From: Wujia sp.
Lineage (GTDB): Bacteria > Bacillota > Clostridia > Lachnospirales > Lachnospiraceae
Length of the DNA stretch: 35,910 bases
NCBI GenBank assembly: GCA_051879935.1
Contig: JBJEMZ010000170.1
Location: 1 to 35,910 of the forward strand
Reading direction: 5' to 3'
The position numbers and the translations under genes were made by a program. Of this stretch, positions 9,564 to 19,372 are shown piece after piece; the first letter of the stretch is position 1; each line of letters opens with the position of its first letter. Under the pieces are notes generated by a model. The model was not told the origin of the DNA, did no database searches, and saw nothing but the letters and a program-made list of their open reading frames with translations.

Positions 9564-9592
9564 GAGTATTCCCAGAAGAAATAATATTATAC
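9564..9592 (-). promoter_or_regulatory. Putative forespore sigma-F/sigma-G promoter
   Basis: GTATA-14 nt-GGGAATACT, resembling the Bacillus sigF/sigG consensus. Confidence 0.5.
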
Positions 9593-9640
9593 AATGATTT
9601 TTTACTTCTTTATTTTTGATTCAGGTTCAAACCAAAAAGA

Positions 9641-11863
9641 TTAATTGATAGGTTCAAAATATTGATCGTATATCTGTAATAGTTGTCCTAATTCTCCATC
9701 CGTAACCTCATATTTATAAATTAAATCTCCAACATGAACATATCTGAAATATTCTTCAATAATGTCACTGGAAGGTACATTAACAGCAGTCTCTAAGCTT
9801 GCATTTTCTGCTTGTTCCCCCCATTTATACGGGTCATAACGAAATGTATATATAATTTCATTCCCTCGCTTTAATTTCCCTATACCTGTACTTGTGTTAG
9901 AACTCACATTCAAACTGTAATTCCAATCTTCTTGACCATTCACAAATTTTCTTGTATACTCCTTATTTCCTTTTAATGTTTTGTAGTAGTATACATTTCC
10001 ATTATGAAGTTCATAGCCGGATTCTCTCGTGATTTGACTATAATCAATCGGCAATGTATCTCCCGATTCTATTATAGCATTTTTCCAATACTCAATCTCT
10101 TTATATATATAGTTTTCTGCCATAGTACACTCTATGTCTTTATCATCACAAGCCTTAGTTTGTCCACAAGTTTTACATTTAAATCCAATCACCTCATCAT
10201 ATGAATACATAACAAGTTTATCCATACCAAAGCAGTTTTTTAAATGGTCAATTGCGGCTTCATTTAGTCCCGGTGTTCCTGCCGTCTTATATGGGTGATT
10301 TTCTTTATGTGCATATTTAAATTCTGTACACCACTCATCCAAATTCGATTTATAAGTTTGTAATGTTGTTGTCTGAAAAAAAGTTGCAAGACTCATTCCA
10401 CATTTTGCACACTCGTCAGACCAAAATATATCATTCGCACTTCCACGTAACACCATACTGTCATGAGATTCCCCATAAACCGGAGTCCAACTATGAACAT
10501 GCCCTTGCTCTCTCAATTCTTTTATTCTTGCCTTTTCACTCTCATTTTCTACTACAAGTCCACATTTTTTACACTCATAGCTTTCTACAAGATTATACTC
10601 CGGCCGTTCAGTAACTTCTTTGACCGATATATATGGCTCCTTTGTTGTCGCAGAAAAAATCCCATGCCAACCACTACTTTCACAGTAAGGGCAATCGTAT
10701 GGATCATCATTCAATATCTGCGTGTCCGACCCACACCCATTACAAAAGGAATGCGGAAATACATCTCGGTAACTCGGAAGAAAATCCGTTCGTGTTACTG
10801 CATCAAAATGAACCATGTTTGGTGTCCATTCATGTTGACACCCATTATTTTCTCCATTTGTACCAGACCCCCACATGTTTTGAGGAGGTGTCCCATTTTT
10901 TGTTACCAAAAGAATCCGAATTGCCTCTAATCTTTTTGCCTGTCCCATGGTTCCCGCAGATACACCATTTTTTACCCAATCTGTCCAACCATAACTCTGT
11001 ACATGAACTTGGTAGTAAATATCATAATAATTTGCCAAATCTCCTGTCAGCTTGATTTGAATTGCCTCAAGTCTTTTCGCCTGCCCCTGCGTTCCTGACA
11101 TTTCTCCATTGCTGACCCAAGACATCCAACCGTAACTTTGTACATGCGTTCGATATGTAACACCGCCACTATATTGATTATCATTTACTGTTATTGTTAT
11201 TCCTTCGAGTCGCTTTGCTTCCCCGGTTGTCCCACTTACATCACCATTTATACTCCATCTCTTTTCCCATCCATATGTCTGTCTATGTACACGATAGGAA
11301 ACAGATGGTGTTGTAGAAACAGAGGATTTCGGCACTATTTGCACTTTAATTTCTTCCAACCTTTTCGCTTCTCCGGTTGTTCCTGCAAGAGCACCATTGT
11401 ATACCCATCCCTGACTATCACCATATGTCTGAATATGTGCACAATAGCGAACATCATAATGCTCTGCAAGTTCGCCGGTAAGACGCATCTGTATCCCTTC
11501 TAAACGCTTTCCCTGTCCGGTCGTTCCTGCTGGTTGACCTGCATTTCTCCACTCCGTCCATCCATAAGTCTGTACATGAACACGATATTGCAAAGCCCCC
11601 TCGTAACCAGTATTATTATTTAAATTTATTATGATACTTTCCAAGCGTTTTCCCAAACCTCTTGTACCAAGTACGAGCGTCTCAATCCCTCCTTGATTAA
11701 CCACTTTACCATTTTGATCTGCAAACGTCTGAACATGCACCCGTCCAGAAAGTGCAATTCTTCCTTCCGCTTTTACCATTTCCATATTGGGAGCTAACAG
11801 AAAGCCCATCAATATACAAATTGAAAGAAGAATAACCATTATTTTTTTTAAATTTTTTTTCAT
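9641..11863 (-). CDS. Secreted protein with six ChW (clostridial hydrophobic W) repeats and a Cys-rich C-terminal region
   Basis: Signal peptide; six units like YRVHVQTYGW..W...G..AGTTG..KRLE.I; C-terminal half with CNGC, CPYC, CKKC, CAKC, CKTC. Confidence 0.88.
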   Translation of the reverse strand: MKKNLKKIMVILLSICILMGFLLAPNMEMVKAEGRIALSGRVHVQTFADQNGKVVNQGGIETLVLGTRGLGKRLESIIINLNNNTGYEGALQYRVHVQTYGWTEWRNAGQPAGTTGQGKRLEGIQMRLTGELAEHYDVRYCAHIQTYGDSQGWVYNGALAGTTGEAKRLEEIKVQIVPKSSVSTTPSVSYRVHRQTYGWEKRWSINGDVSGTTGEAKRLEGITITVNDNQYSGGVTYRTHVQSYGWMSWVSNGEMSGTQGQAKRLEAIQIKLTGDLANYYDIYYQVHVQSYGWTDWVKNGVSAGTMGQAKRLEAIRILLVTKNGTPPQNMWGSGTNGENNGCQHEWTPNMVHFDAVTRTDFLPSYRDVFPHSFCNGCGSDTQILNDDPYDCPYCESSGWHGIFSATTKEPYISVKEVTERPEYNLVESYECKKCGLVVENESEKARIKELREQGHVHSWTPVYGESHDSMVLRGSANDIFWSDECAKCGMSLATFFQTTTLQTYKSNLDEWCTEFKYAHKENHPYKTAGTPGLNEAAIDHLKNCFGMDKLVMYSYDEVIGFKCKTCGQTKACDDKDIECTMAENYIYKEIEYWKNAIIESGDTLPIDYSQITRESGYELHNGNVYYYKTLKGNKEYTRKFVNGQEDWNYSLNVSSNTSTGIGKLKRGNEIIYTFRYDPYKWGEQAENASLETAVNVPSSDIIEEYFRYVHVGDLIYKYEVTDGELGQLLQIYDQYFEPIN

Positions 11864-11917
11864 CAGAAACCTCCCTGCTTACCCTATGCATATTATCAAC
11901 TCTTAACAAATATAAAA

Positions 11918-12848
11918 TTACAATGTTTTGGTCCTTTTATTGCGTATAATACAACAAATTCCACATACAAAATATGCAAGAGATGCTATTAAAATCATAT
12001 ATCCGCCAAATCCCATACTTAAAAACATATGTTCAAAAGTCGTGGTTGCAATAATAAATAATACAATTCCCACTACCGACAGCATCATTATGATTTTAAC
12101 TTTATCGAAAACAACTAACAAAATTCCCATTATCCCCAACAAAAAAAGAGCAATAATAAGAACCATCAATTTCCATTTGTTTCCAATGCTAATATTCATG
12201 GTATCAACAATCTGTAAATTTGAATCGGATTCCAAAATATCAGCAGTCTTATTTAATACATTTTCTACATTCTGCAAAACTTCTATAAATCCATCTAAAC
12301 TATCAGCATAAGCATTTATAACAGGAATATAATCCAAAAATGAAAGGTTAGATAAAAAATCCTTTAAATCTCCTACTTTATCAGAACCATTTTTTGCCAT
12401 ATTGGCTACTTTTTCATAATTGTTTATGTAGAAATCTGTAACATGGGATATATTTTTACTGGACTTAACTGTATCAGAAACACTAACTAATTCAAACATG
12501 TTGAATTTTAATGACAATTTCTCTATTTTAACTTTCGAAAATGTCATTGCAGGCGCAAAAAGAAAAAATAACGATGCAATAATAAGAATATATTTTATCA
12601 CTAACTCTTTATCTATAAGATTTTTTTTATCGATTGACTGCATATACTCTGAGTTCGTATAATCTTGACCTGTATACGAATACCCTTGACCCATATACAC
12701 ATATCCTTGATTTGCAAAATCATTCTGTTGTGCATAATAATTGTAATAATTATTAGGATAATATAGCTGATATTGCATCTCATTTAGTGTCTGGTTTGCC
12801 CCCCCCCGAGCAAACAGATGTTTGGTTGTTTGTATTATATTCGCTCAT
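11918..12848 (-). CDS. Multi-pass membrane protein; RBS-linked start at 12848 is out of frame because of a G9 tract (in-frame internal ATG at 12778)
   Basis: GAGGTG RBS plus ATG 12848 reads 22 aa to TGA with G9; G8 would join it to the 286-aa ORF (Y/N/Q-rich N-terminus, about 4 hydrophobic helices). Confidence 0.7.
12799..12807 (-). repeat. G9 homopolymer tract (C9 on + strand)
   Basis: tttgCCCCCCCCCgag within very AT-rich DNA. Confidence 0.9.
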
Positions 12849-12906
12849 ATGTACACCTCTAATACTTATCTACCTTTTTTCGTATAAATCTATCTATTTT
12901 GTACCA

Positions 12907-12938
12907 TTCATGGTAACACGACACAATGTTACCATGAA
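12907..12938. repeat. 12-bp inverted repeat downstream of pgi
   Basis: TTCATGGTAACA-8 nt-TGTTACCATGAA; no clear U-tract. Confidence 0.6.
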
Positions 12939-12978
12939 CAGTATCAAAATTGACTACCTTTATCTTTCTATTTCTTTA

Positions 12979-14334
12979 TTAACCGTTAATTCTTGCAAGA
13001 AGCTCTTTTCCAAGCTCCTCGTTGCCCGGCTTTCCAAGCAGGGCAAACATGTTCTTCTTGTAGCTCTCAACGCCAGGCTGGTTGAACGGATTCACACCAA
13101 GTGTATAACCACTGACACCACATGCAAACTCAAATGTGTAGAAGAGCTCACCAAGTGTAAATTCATCCACGCGGTCGATATCAACCTGGATAATCGGGAT
13201 ACCACCATCTGCATGTGCAAGAATCGTACCATTCATGGCACTCTTATTTGCAAAATCAACCGTCTTTCCTGCAAGGTAATTCAGACCATCCAAATCAGTA
13301 TCTTCTTCCTCCATAATGATTTCACATGTCGGATTCAACACATTGATTACAGTCTCAAAGTGATTCTGTGTTCCTTGCTGGATAAACTGGCCAAGAGAAT
13401 GTAAGTCCGTTGTAAAGTCGGTTGCCATCGGGAACAGACCCTTTCCATCCTTACCTTCGCTCTCACCGTAGAGCTGCTTCCACCATTCGGATACAAAGTG
13501 AAGTGCCGGCTCAAAGTTTGCGAGAATCTCAATGGATTTACCTTTGTTGTAAAGAACATTACGCACTGCTGCATACTTCATAGCATCGGATTCCTCGAAA
13601 TCCTGTGCCAGACAATCCTCTCTTGCGGATGCAGCACCTTCCATCAGCTTATCAATATCCGCACCGCTTACTGCGATCGGGAGCAGACCAACTGCTGTTA
13701 ATACGGAGAAACGTCCTCCTACATCATCCGGAACAACAAAGGTCTCATAGCCTTCTTCCGTTGCGAGTGTCTTAAGTGCACCCTTCGCCTTATCGGTTGT
13801 AGCGTAGATTCTCTTTGCTGCTTCAGCCTTGCCATATTTTTCAATCAGCTTCTTCTTAAAAATACGAGTTGCAATACCAGGCTCGGTTGTCGTTCCAGAC
13901 TTTGAGATAATATTGATTGAGAAATCTCTGTCACCGATTACCTGAAGCAGATGAGCCATGTATGTGCTGCTGATATTGCTTCCTGCATAGTAAATCTCCG
14001 GTGTCTTACGGATTTCCTTATCTACGGAATTGTAAAAGCTGTGTCTCAAAGCTTCAATGGCAGCTCTTGCTCCAAGGTAAGAACCTCCAATACCGATGAC
14101 AACAAGTACATCGGAATCTGACTGAATCTTTGCCGCAGCCTTTTTAATTCTTGCAAACTCTTCCTTGTCATAGTCTACTGGAAGATCAATCCATCCGAGG
14201 AAATCATTTCCTTCTCCGGTCTTATTCACAAGTGTTGCTTTTGCAGCTACAACCTGATCCTTGATTGCTGCGATGTCTGCATCACTTGCCATGGCCTTCG
14301 CATTTTTAAAATTGAAACTAACTGTCTTTGCCAT
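12979..14334 (-). CDS. pgi: Glucose-6-phosphate isomerase
   Basis: [45 protein letters not shown]; RBS AAAGGAG before ATG 14334. Confidence 0.97.
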   Translation of the reverse strand: MAKTVSFNFKNAKAMASDADIAAIKDQVVAAKATLVNKTGEGNDFLGWIDLPVDYDKEEFARIKKAAAKIQSDSDVLVVIGIGGSYLGARAAIEALRHSFYNSVDKEIRKTPEIYYAGSNISSTYMAHLLQVIGDRDFSINIISKSGTTTEPGIATRIFKKKLIEKYGKAEAAKRIYATTDKAKGALKTLATEEGYETFVVPDDVGGRFSVLTAVGLLPIAVSGADIDKLMEGAASAREDCLAQDFEESDAMKYAAVRNVLYNKGKSIEILANFEPALHFVSEWWKQLYGESEGKDGKGLFPMATDFTTDLHSLGQFIQQGTQNHFETVINVLNPTCEIIMEEEDTDLDGLNYLAGKTVDFANKSAMNGTILAHADGGIPIIQVDIDRVDEFTLGELFYTFEFACGVSGYTLGVNPFNQPGVESYKKNMFALLGKPGNEELGKELLARING

Positions 14335-14415
14335 TTTTATCTCTTCTCCTTTCACAGGTAAACCTATTCACCTTTTGCTATTTTAACAAACTTACCCATG
14401 CAATACAAGAAGGAA

Positions 14416-14841
14416 TCATGATTTCTTTTGGCTTGTATTCTTTTTTCTGACACCATAGTGCGATTCTTCTGCAAGATGCAAACAATTACCGGTTTTATAA
14501 TCATGCAGCATATATAAGGATTCTACCTGCAGTTTTACCCCATTCAGCTCATGAGAAAGCAACTCATATTTTGCATTCATAGTTTCTTCCAGCTTATCCA
14601 TTCTTTTACACAATCGGTCTTCGATATCAACAATCAAAGTGGTATTTTGTTCGATTTTCGCCGTCAGCCGTGCATCCATTTCCGTTACACGATCTTCCAG
14701 CTTCGTTATGCGATCTTCCAGCTTCGTTATGCGATCTTCCAGCTTCAATACACGATCTTCCAACTTCGTCATACGATCTTCCAATGCATCTATTTTTGTT
14801 ATCACAATTGAAAATAATTGCTCTAGCCGTTCATCTGTCAT
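14416..14841 (-). CDS. Coiled-coil protein with tandem LEDRITK heptads
   Basis: LEDRMTK-LEDRVLK-LEDRITK-LEDRITK-LEDRVTE; RBS AAGGGGTG before ATG 14841. Confidence 0.75.
   Translation of the reverse strand: MTDERLEQLFSIVITKIDALEDRMTKLEDRVLKLEDRITKLEDRITKLEDRVTEMDARLTAKIEQNTTLIVDIEDRLCKRMDKLEETMNAKYELLSHELNGVKLQVESLYMLHDYKTGNCLHLAEESHYGVRKKNTSQKKS
14689..14784. repeat. 21-bp coding tandem repeat, about 4.5 copies
   Basis: (A/G)CGATCTTCCAGCTTCGTTAT-like units starting at 14689, 14710, 14731, 14752, 14773. Confidence 0.9.
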
Positions 14842-14969
14842 ACTTTCACCCCTTTTCTTCATCAGTGTTTTCTTCGGTACCTGAAAACATTATTATTCGA
14901 ACAGTATAAATTGTAAAGCACCAGTTTGTAGCAAGTCCTATATTCCGCATAAATACGCCATTTTTTTGT

Positions 14970-15018
14970 AAAAAAAACTGTCACAACATGTTTTCTAATA
15001 AGAACCTGTTATGACAGT
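14970..15018 (-). terminator. Intrinsic terminator after the deacetylase gene
   Basis: Minus strand ACTGTCATAACA...TGTTGTGACAGT followed by a T-run. Confidence 0.65.
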
Positions 15019-15024
15019 CTTTAT

Positions 15025-16005
15025 TTATTTTAATTCATTTAAGCTTGCAAACCGATACCCCTCTGCCTTCAGATTTGCAATCACCTTTTCCAGCGCCCCT
15101 GCATTCGACGATGACACATTGTGCATCAGAATGATAGCCCCGCTGTGATGATACTTCTCAAAATGGTTGATTACAAAATCGACACCGGGCTGATTATTCA
15201 CATCATAATCCAGATATGCCATGCTCCAAAAAACAGTTTCGTACCCTAAGTCCCGGGTAATTGCAAGTGTTCGTGCGCTGTATTCCCCGCTTGGCGGGCG
15301 CAGGTAGGGATCCATATCATATCCCGTGGCCTCCTTCATATATTCAGCGCAGCCGGTAACCTCCTGCACGATTTCCTCATAGGACTTCTCCGGCATGCAT
15401 ATGTGGTATATCGTATGATTACCAACCTGATGACCTTCTTCCTTCATTCGTTTTACAATGGCAAGGTTATCCCGTATGTATGTCTGTGTCACAAAAAAGC
15501 AGGCAGGGACATTTTCTTTTTTCAGGATATCCAGCATCGGTTCCGTATACCCGTTATCATACCCGCAGTCAAATGTCAGATACACTACCTTTTCGTTTTT
15601 CTCTGCTGCATTTTCATCTAAGTAGTAGGCCTTATACTCAGACAAATCAACTGTATCATCACACCCGCTTGGCCCGTGGTTTGCATCCCGTTTGAACCAC
15701 CATGCAAGCTTTGTGTTATCATAATCATAATAGGCATCTTTTTCCTGAAGATGGCTTTCAATCGGATAAGTGCGGTACCGCTTTGTTCTATTTATCCATG
15801 CGGAAAGCTCCGATTCGGCAGATGTGGCACCGCCATCATCACCGGACTGTCCTTCTTCGCATGCTCCCTGTACCGACGCTCCATTTGTATGTAATAAAAA
15901 GCTGCTTCCAAATATACTGATTACTGTAAGTACTGCAAGGCAGACCACTCCCTTCTTTCTGATTGCAAAACTTTTCCAAAAACTATTTTGTCTCTTTTTA
16001 CTCAT
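15025..16005 (-). CDS. pdaA: Polysaccharide deacetylase (CE4), PdaA-like spore cortex muramic delta-lactam de-N-acetylase
   Basis: YLTFDCGY, GNHTIYH, RPPSGEYS, FWSMAYLDYD, ILMH; N-terminal signal/anchor. Confidence 0.8.
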   Translation of the reverse strand: MSKKRQNSFWKSFAIRKKGVVCLAVLTVISIFGSSFLLHTNGASVQGACEEGQSGDDGGATSAESELSAWINRTKRYRTYPIESHLQEKDAYYDYDNTKLAWWFKRDANHGPSGCDDTVDLSEYKAYYLDENAAEKNEKVVYLTFDCGYDNGYTEPMLDILKKENVPACFFVTQTYIRDNLAIVKRMKEEGHQVGNHTIYHICMPEKSYEEIVQEVTGCAEYMKEATGYDMDPYLRPPSGEYSARTLAITRDLGYETVFWSMAYLDYDVNNQPGVDFVINHFEKYHHSGAIILMHNVSSSNAGALEKVIANLKAEGYRFASLNELK

Positions 16006-16673
16006 CCGGAAAAAAATTCAGCCAAAAAGCGATTGAGCGTCTCCTCACCCGCCGCACTTTCCTTCTCCTCCACGGGAGCTTTCTCCTCTTCCCTCTTTGT
16101 GTTAAGTTCCGTCTGTGCGGCCTCCTGTCTGGCAATCTCCGGCTGCCTTCTTGCCTCGTTTTCCTCCCTCGGCTTTGGCAACCGCTCCAGATACCCACGA
16201 ATATTCGCTTTTAGGATTTCCACCTTATTATTTATTAACAATATATTATCAAGTGCCAGTAAACATGCACATACGATGATACTATTTGCAAAGAAAAATT
16301 GCATATCCTCCGTTCCACGCCATGCTTTTCCGTAGTAGATATAAGCACTCGCCATCACGCCGCAGACGACGAGCGACAGCACGGTTCCGCTACGATTCCA
16401 GAACTCCATGGGCCTGGTCAGAAACCTTAGATTTTTCACGAAGCTCTCGGCGTAGGACTCCTCGTCTCCGCCGCATAATCCAAAGCTCTTTTTATTCTCG
16501 TAAGTCTGCCTCATGGTCCTCAGCTTTTTCCGATTTGTATCCCCAAGATTTCCGGATGCACGCACCATGCCTCTCATGTAAGCATTTGCCAGTATCTTCA
16601 GAAGTAATCCCAACACTCCTAACCCCCATAGTATGTAGACCCCGGTAGAAACTTCCATGATTTTTTGCAGCAT
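16002..16673 (-). CDS. Hypothetical membrane protein
   Basis: Three hydrophobic helices and a charged C-terminus; RBS GAAAGAGGG before ATG 16673; overlaps the pdaA start. Confidence 0.75.
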   Translation of the reverse strand: MLQKIMEVSTGVYILWGLGVLGLLLKILANAYMRGMVRASGNLGDTNRKKLRTMRQTYENKKSFGLCGGDEESYAESFVKNLRFLTRPMEFWNRSGTVLSLVVCGVMASAYIYYGKAWRGTEDMQFFFANSIIVCACLLALDNILLINNKVEILKANIRGYLERLPKPREENEARRQPEIARQEAAQTELNTKREEEKAPVEEKESAAGEETLNRFLAEFFSG

Positions 16674-16918
16674 ACAAATCCCTCTTTCATAATTATTTAC
16701 CCTGACGCTACACATTAGGTTTTCACAGAAAACTTAACACAACTTCCCGTCATGATTTGCGATTATAGAAAAGGTGAACTTCAGAATGCAACCCCTATCC
16801 GCTCGTAAAATTGCTTTAAAAAGCGACAAAAAATATGGGTTTAAGTAGGTTTAGGTTTATGATATAATATATCTCATCCTATTCGTAAGATTAGGATGAG
16901 ATATATTATGAAAGGACA

Positions 16919-17167
16919 ATGAACATGACATACAAAACAAAGGGCACCTGCTCTCAGGTAATTGAATTTGAGTTAAAAGACGGAAATGTTTATAACGTAA
17001 AATTTACGGGTGGCTGCAACGGCAACCTGAAGGGAATCGGTAAGTTGGTTGAAGGTATGAACGCGGAAGAAGTCATCCGAAAATTAGAAGGTACTACATG
17101 CGGATTCAAGAGTACCTCCTGCCCGGACCAGCTTGCCCAGGCGTTAAAGCAGGCCTTGCAGGCATAA
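16919..17167 (+). CDS. TSCPD-domain small protein (TIGR03905-like)
   Basis: GTCS..GGCNGNLKGI..CGFKSTSCPDQLA. Confidence 0.9.
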   Translation: MNMTYKTKGTCSQVIEFELKDGNVYNVKFTGGCNGNLKGIGKLVEGMNAEEVIRKLEGTTCGFKSTSCPDQLAQALKQALQA

Positions 17168-17189
17168 ACATAAAGGAGAGCTGTTCAAC

Positions 17190-18260
17190 ATGAAACGTAT
17201 TATATTAACCGGCGGAGGCACTGCCGGTCATGTAACACCAAACATGGCATTAATTCCGACTTTAAAGGCGCGCGGATACGATATTCAGTACATCGGCTCC
17301 TACGATGGTATCGAGAAGAAGCTGATTGAGGATATGGGGATTCCATATCACGGAATCGCGACTGGTAAGCTGCGCCGTTATTTTGATTTGCGTAATTTTT
17401 CAGATCCGTTTCGGGTGATTAAAGGATTTTCAGAAGCGAAGAAGCTGATGAAGGAATTAAAACCGGACGTTGTCTTTTCAAAAGGCGGTTTTGTCTCCGT
17501 TCCGGTTGTACTTGCTGCAAGCGCAAAGAAGATTCCAAGCATTATACATGAATCGGACATGACACCGGGACTTGCAAATAAAATCAGCATTCCAAAAGCA
17601 TCCAAGGTCTGCTGTAATTTCCCGGAGACACTTGATACACTGCCTGCCGGAAAAGCTGTCGTAACCGGAACCCCGATTCGTGAAGAGCTTTTTTCCGGCG
17701 ATGCCGTTTCTGCCATGACGTTTTGTGGATTTACGGATGTTCGTCCAACGCTCTTGATTATCGGCGGAAGCTCCGGCAGCGTCTGTGTAAACAATGCTGT
17801 CCGTTCCTGTCTCGACGAGCTTACAAAAATATACAATGTAATTCATCTCTGCGGAAAAGACAATCTGGATGAATCACTGAAAAACCATGCGCATTACGTA
17901 CAGTTTGAATATATTAAACAGGAACTTGCAGATTTGTTTGCACTTGCGGATGTCGTCATCTCCCGCGCCGGTGCCAATGCGATATGCGAACTTCTGGCAC
18001 TGCGAAAGCCAAGTGTGCTGATTCCGCTTTCTCTTGCGGCAAGTCGTGGCGACCAGATTTTAAATGCCGAGTCCTTTGACAAACATGGATACGCAAAGCT
18101 GCTTCCGGAGGAAAACTTAAATGATTCCAGCCTTTTATCCGCAGTCAATGAAGTGTACAACAATCGTGATACTTATATTAAAGCAATGGAATTGTCAACA
18201 AAATCGGACGCAATCACGATGATTTGTGATATGCTTGATGAACTGACAGGAGATAAATAA
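17190..18260 (+). CDS. murG: Undecaprenyl-PP-MurNAc-pentapeptide GlcNAc transferase
   Basis: TGGGTAGHV, KGGFVSVP, HESD, GGSSG, SRAGAN, DQILNA. Confidence 0.95.
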   Translation: MKRIILTGGGTAGHVTPNMALIPTLKARGYDIQYIGSYDGIEKKLIEDMGIPYHGIATGKLRRYFDLRNFSDPFRVIKGFSEAKKLMKELKPDVVFSKGGFVSVPVVLAASAKKIPSIIHESDMTPGLANKISIPKASKVCCNFPETLDTLPAGKAVVTGTPIREELFSGDAVSAMTFCGFTDVRPTLLIIGGSSGSVCVNNAVRSCLDELTKIYNVIHLCGKDNLDESLKNHAHYVQFEYIKQELADLFALADVVISRAGANAICELLALRKPSVLIPLSLAASRGDQILNAESFDKHGYAKLLPEENLNDSSLLSAVNEVYNNRDTYIKAMELSTKSDAITMICDMLDELTGDK

Positions 18261-18265
18261 GCAAC

Positions 18266-18301
18266 AAAAAAGCTGTTACAGTATGTTGTAACAGCTTTTT
18301 T
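18266..18301. terminator. Bidirectional intrinsic terminator between murG and the HD gene
   Basis: AAAAAAGCTGTTACA-6 nt-TGTAACAGCTTTTTT. Confidence 0.85.
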
Positions 18302-18914
18302 AAAATAATTCTTTTTCCAACTGAAAGATGAAACTGTCAAGAAGCTGCATACGTTTTGTATACTCTGCTCTCGCCGCATCCGTCTTACATCTTCGAATCT
18401 TTGGTTTATTATTCCGATAATAATTCTTAATCCGGTAGTACGCTTTTTTATAGCTTGCTTCATCCTCGCAGGCAGTTGCCATCGAATCCCAAAGAACACT
18501 GATTGCACCAACCTCATCCAACAAATCGGCATCCATTACAATCTTGCATTCTAATGATAAATCGGCATCTGAGTCTTTATCCTCATGAATCATGATAATC
18601 TCACCAACCCGTCGAATCGTATCCGGATCAACCCCTATGCTGTCCATATACTCCACCGCAAGCTCGGCACCGACTTCTCCATGCGGACGACCATCATCCC
18701 ATCCGATATCATGCAACAATGCAGCCAATACTATAACATCCAAGTCTCCTCCAAGCTTTGACTGAAGCTTGATTGCCCAGCGATACACGCGCATCGTATG
18801 TTCATAACGACTGCGAAATGGGTAATTTGATGGTCTTCCATTTTCGGAAGTCATCTTTTTCACATATTCAATTACCTCTGCATAATTCACATTCATGCCT
18901 TTTGTCCCTGTCAT
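18300..18914 (-). CDS. HD-domain phosphohydrolase
   Basis: EHTMRV, AALLHDIG, HGEVGA, DADLLD. Confidence 0.88.
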   Translation of the reverse strand: MTGTKGMNVNYAEVIEYVKKMTSENGRPSNYPFRSRYEHTMRVYRWAIKLQSKLGGDLDVIVLAALLHDIGWDDGRPHGEVGAELAVEYMDSIGVDPDTIRRVGEIIMIHEDKDSDADLSLECKIVMDADLLDEVGAISVLWDSMATACEDEASYKKAYYRIKNYYRNNKPKIRRCKTDAARAEYTKRMQLLDSFIFQLEKELF

Positions 18915-19010
18915 CCAACTCTTTTGTCTATGTTGAAAACTACATTATCCGTATCTTGTAATATAACATTTTTTTACAAAAAATACTACCTGTTTTTTAT
19001 ATTTTTTTAA

Positions 19011-19272
19011 CCGTGCGGCTGGTGTTGTGAAGCACTCATGAACGTTACCCTGGCAGTTAACTCAGCCCAGGCTGCCTCGCGGCGCACAGGAGGTTCTACT
19101 TAGTGCTGCTTCGTTCCCGACCTGACACGGTTCATAGATTCCTGTCGCGCAAGACCCGGACATCAACGCCACTTACCAGGGGCAGCTCCACAAGGAACTC
19201 CCCGAAACCAGCCATCACCCCCTCTATAGCGGATTGAGGGTACAGGGCACCGCTAACTCCCCGGCTGCACGG
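19011..19272 (-). ncRNA. ffs: Signal recognition particle RNA, large bacterial type (scRNA)
   Basis: Minus strand GAACCGTGTCAGGTCGGGAACGAAGCAGCAC (domain IV); Alu-like 5' GGGGAGTTAGCGGTGCCCTGTA; ends pair (CCGTGC/GCACGG); downstream of tadA as in Bacillus. Confidence 0.93.
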
Positions 19273-19327
19273 AAATTTTATAACAAATCCGTATGTAACA
19301 ACCATATCAATTGGCAGTTACCTTTAT

Positions 19328-19356
19328 AGTATAAAGAAATAATTATGTAAAGTCAA
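19328..19356 (-). promoter_or_regulatory. Sigma-A promoter of SRP RNA
   Basis: TTGACT-17 nt-TATACT. Confidence 0.75.
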
Positions 19357-19372
19357 GTGAAGTCATAGCATG

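Noticed and set aside
10100-10850. CxxC motifs as heme c attachment sites
   Set aside because: None is CxxCH
14689-14784. Repeats as a possible CRISPR array
   Set aside because: Contiguous in-frame coding repeats without spacers; no cas genes
19011-19272. Structured GC-rich intergenic region as a novel RNA
   Set aside because: It carries the SRP RNA domain IV signature in the usual tadA context
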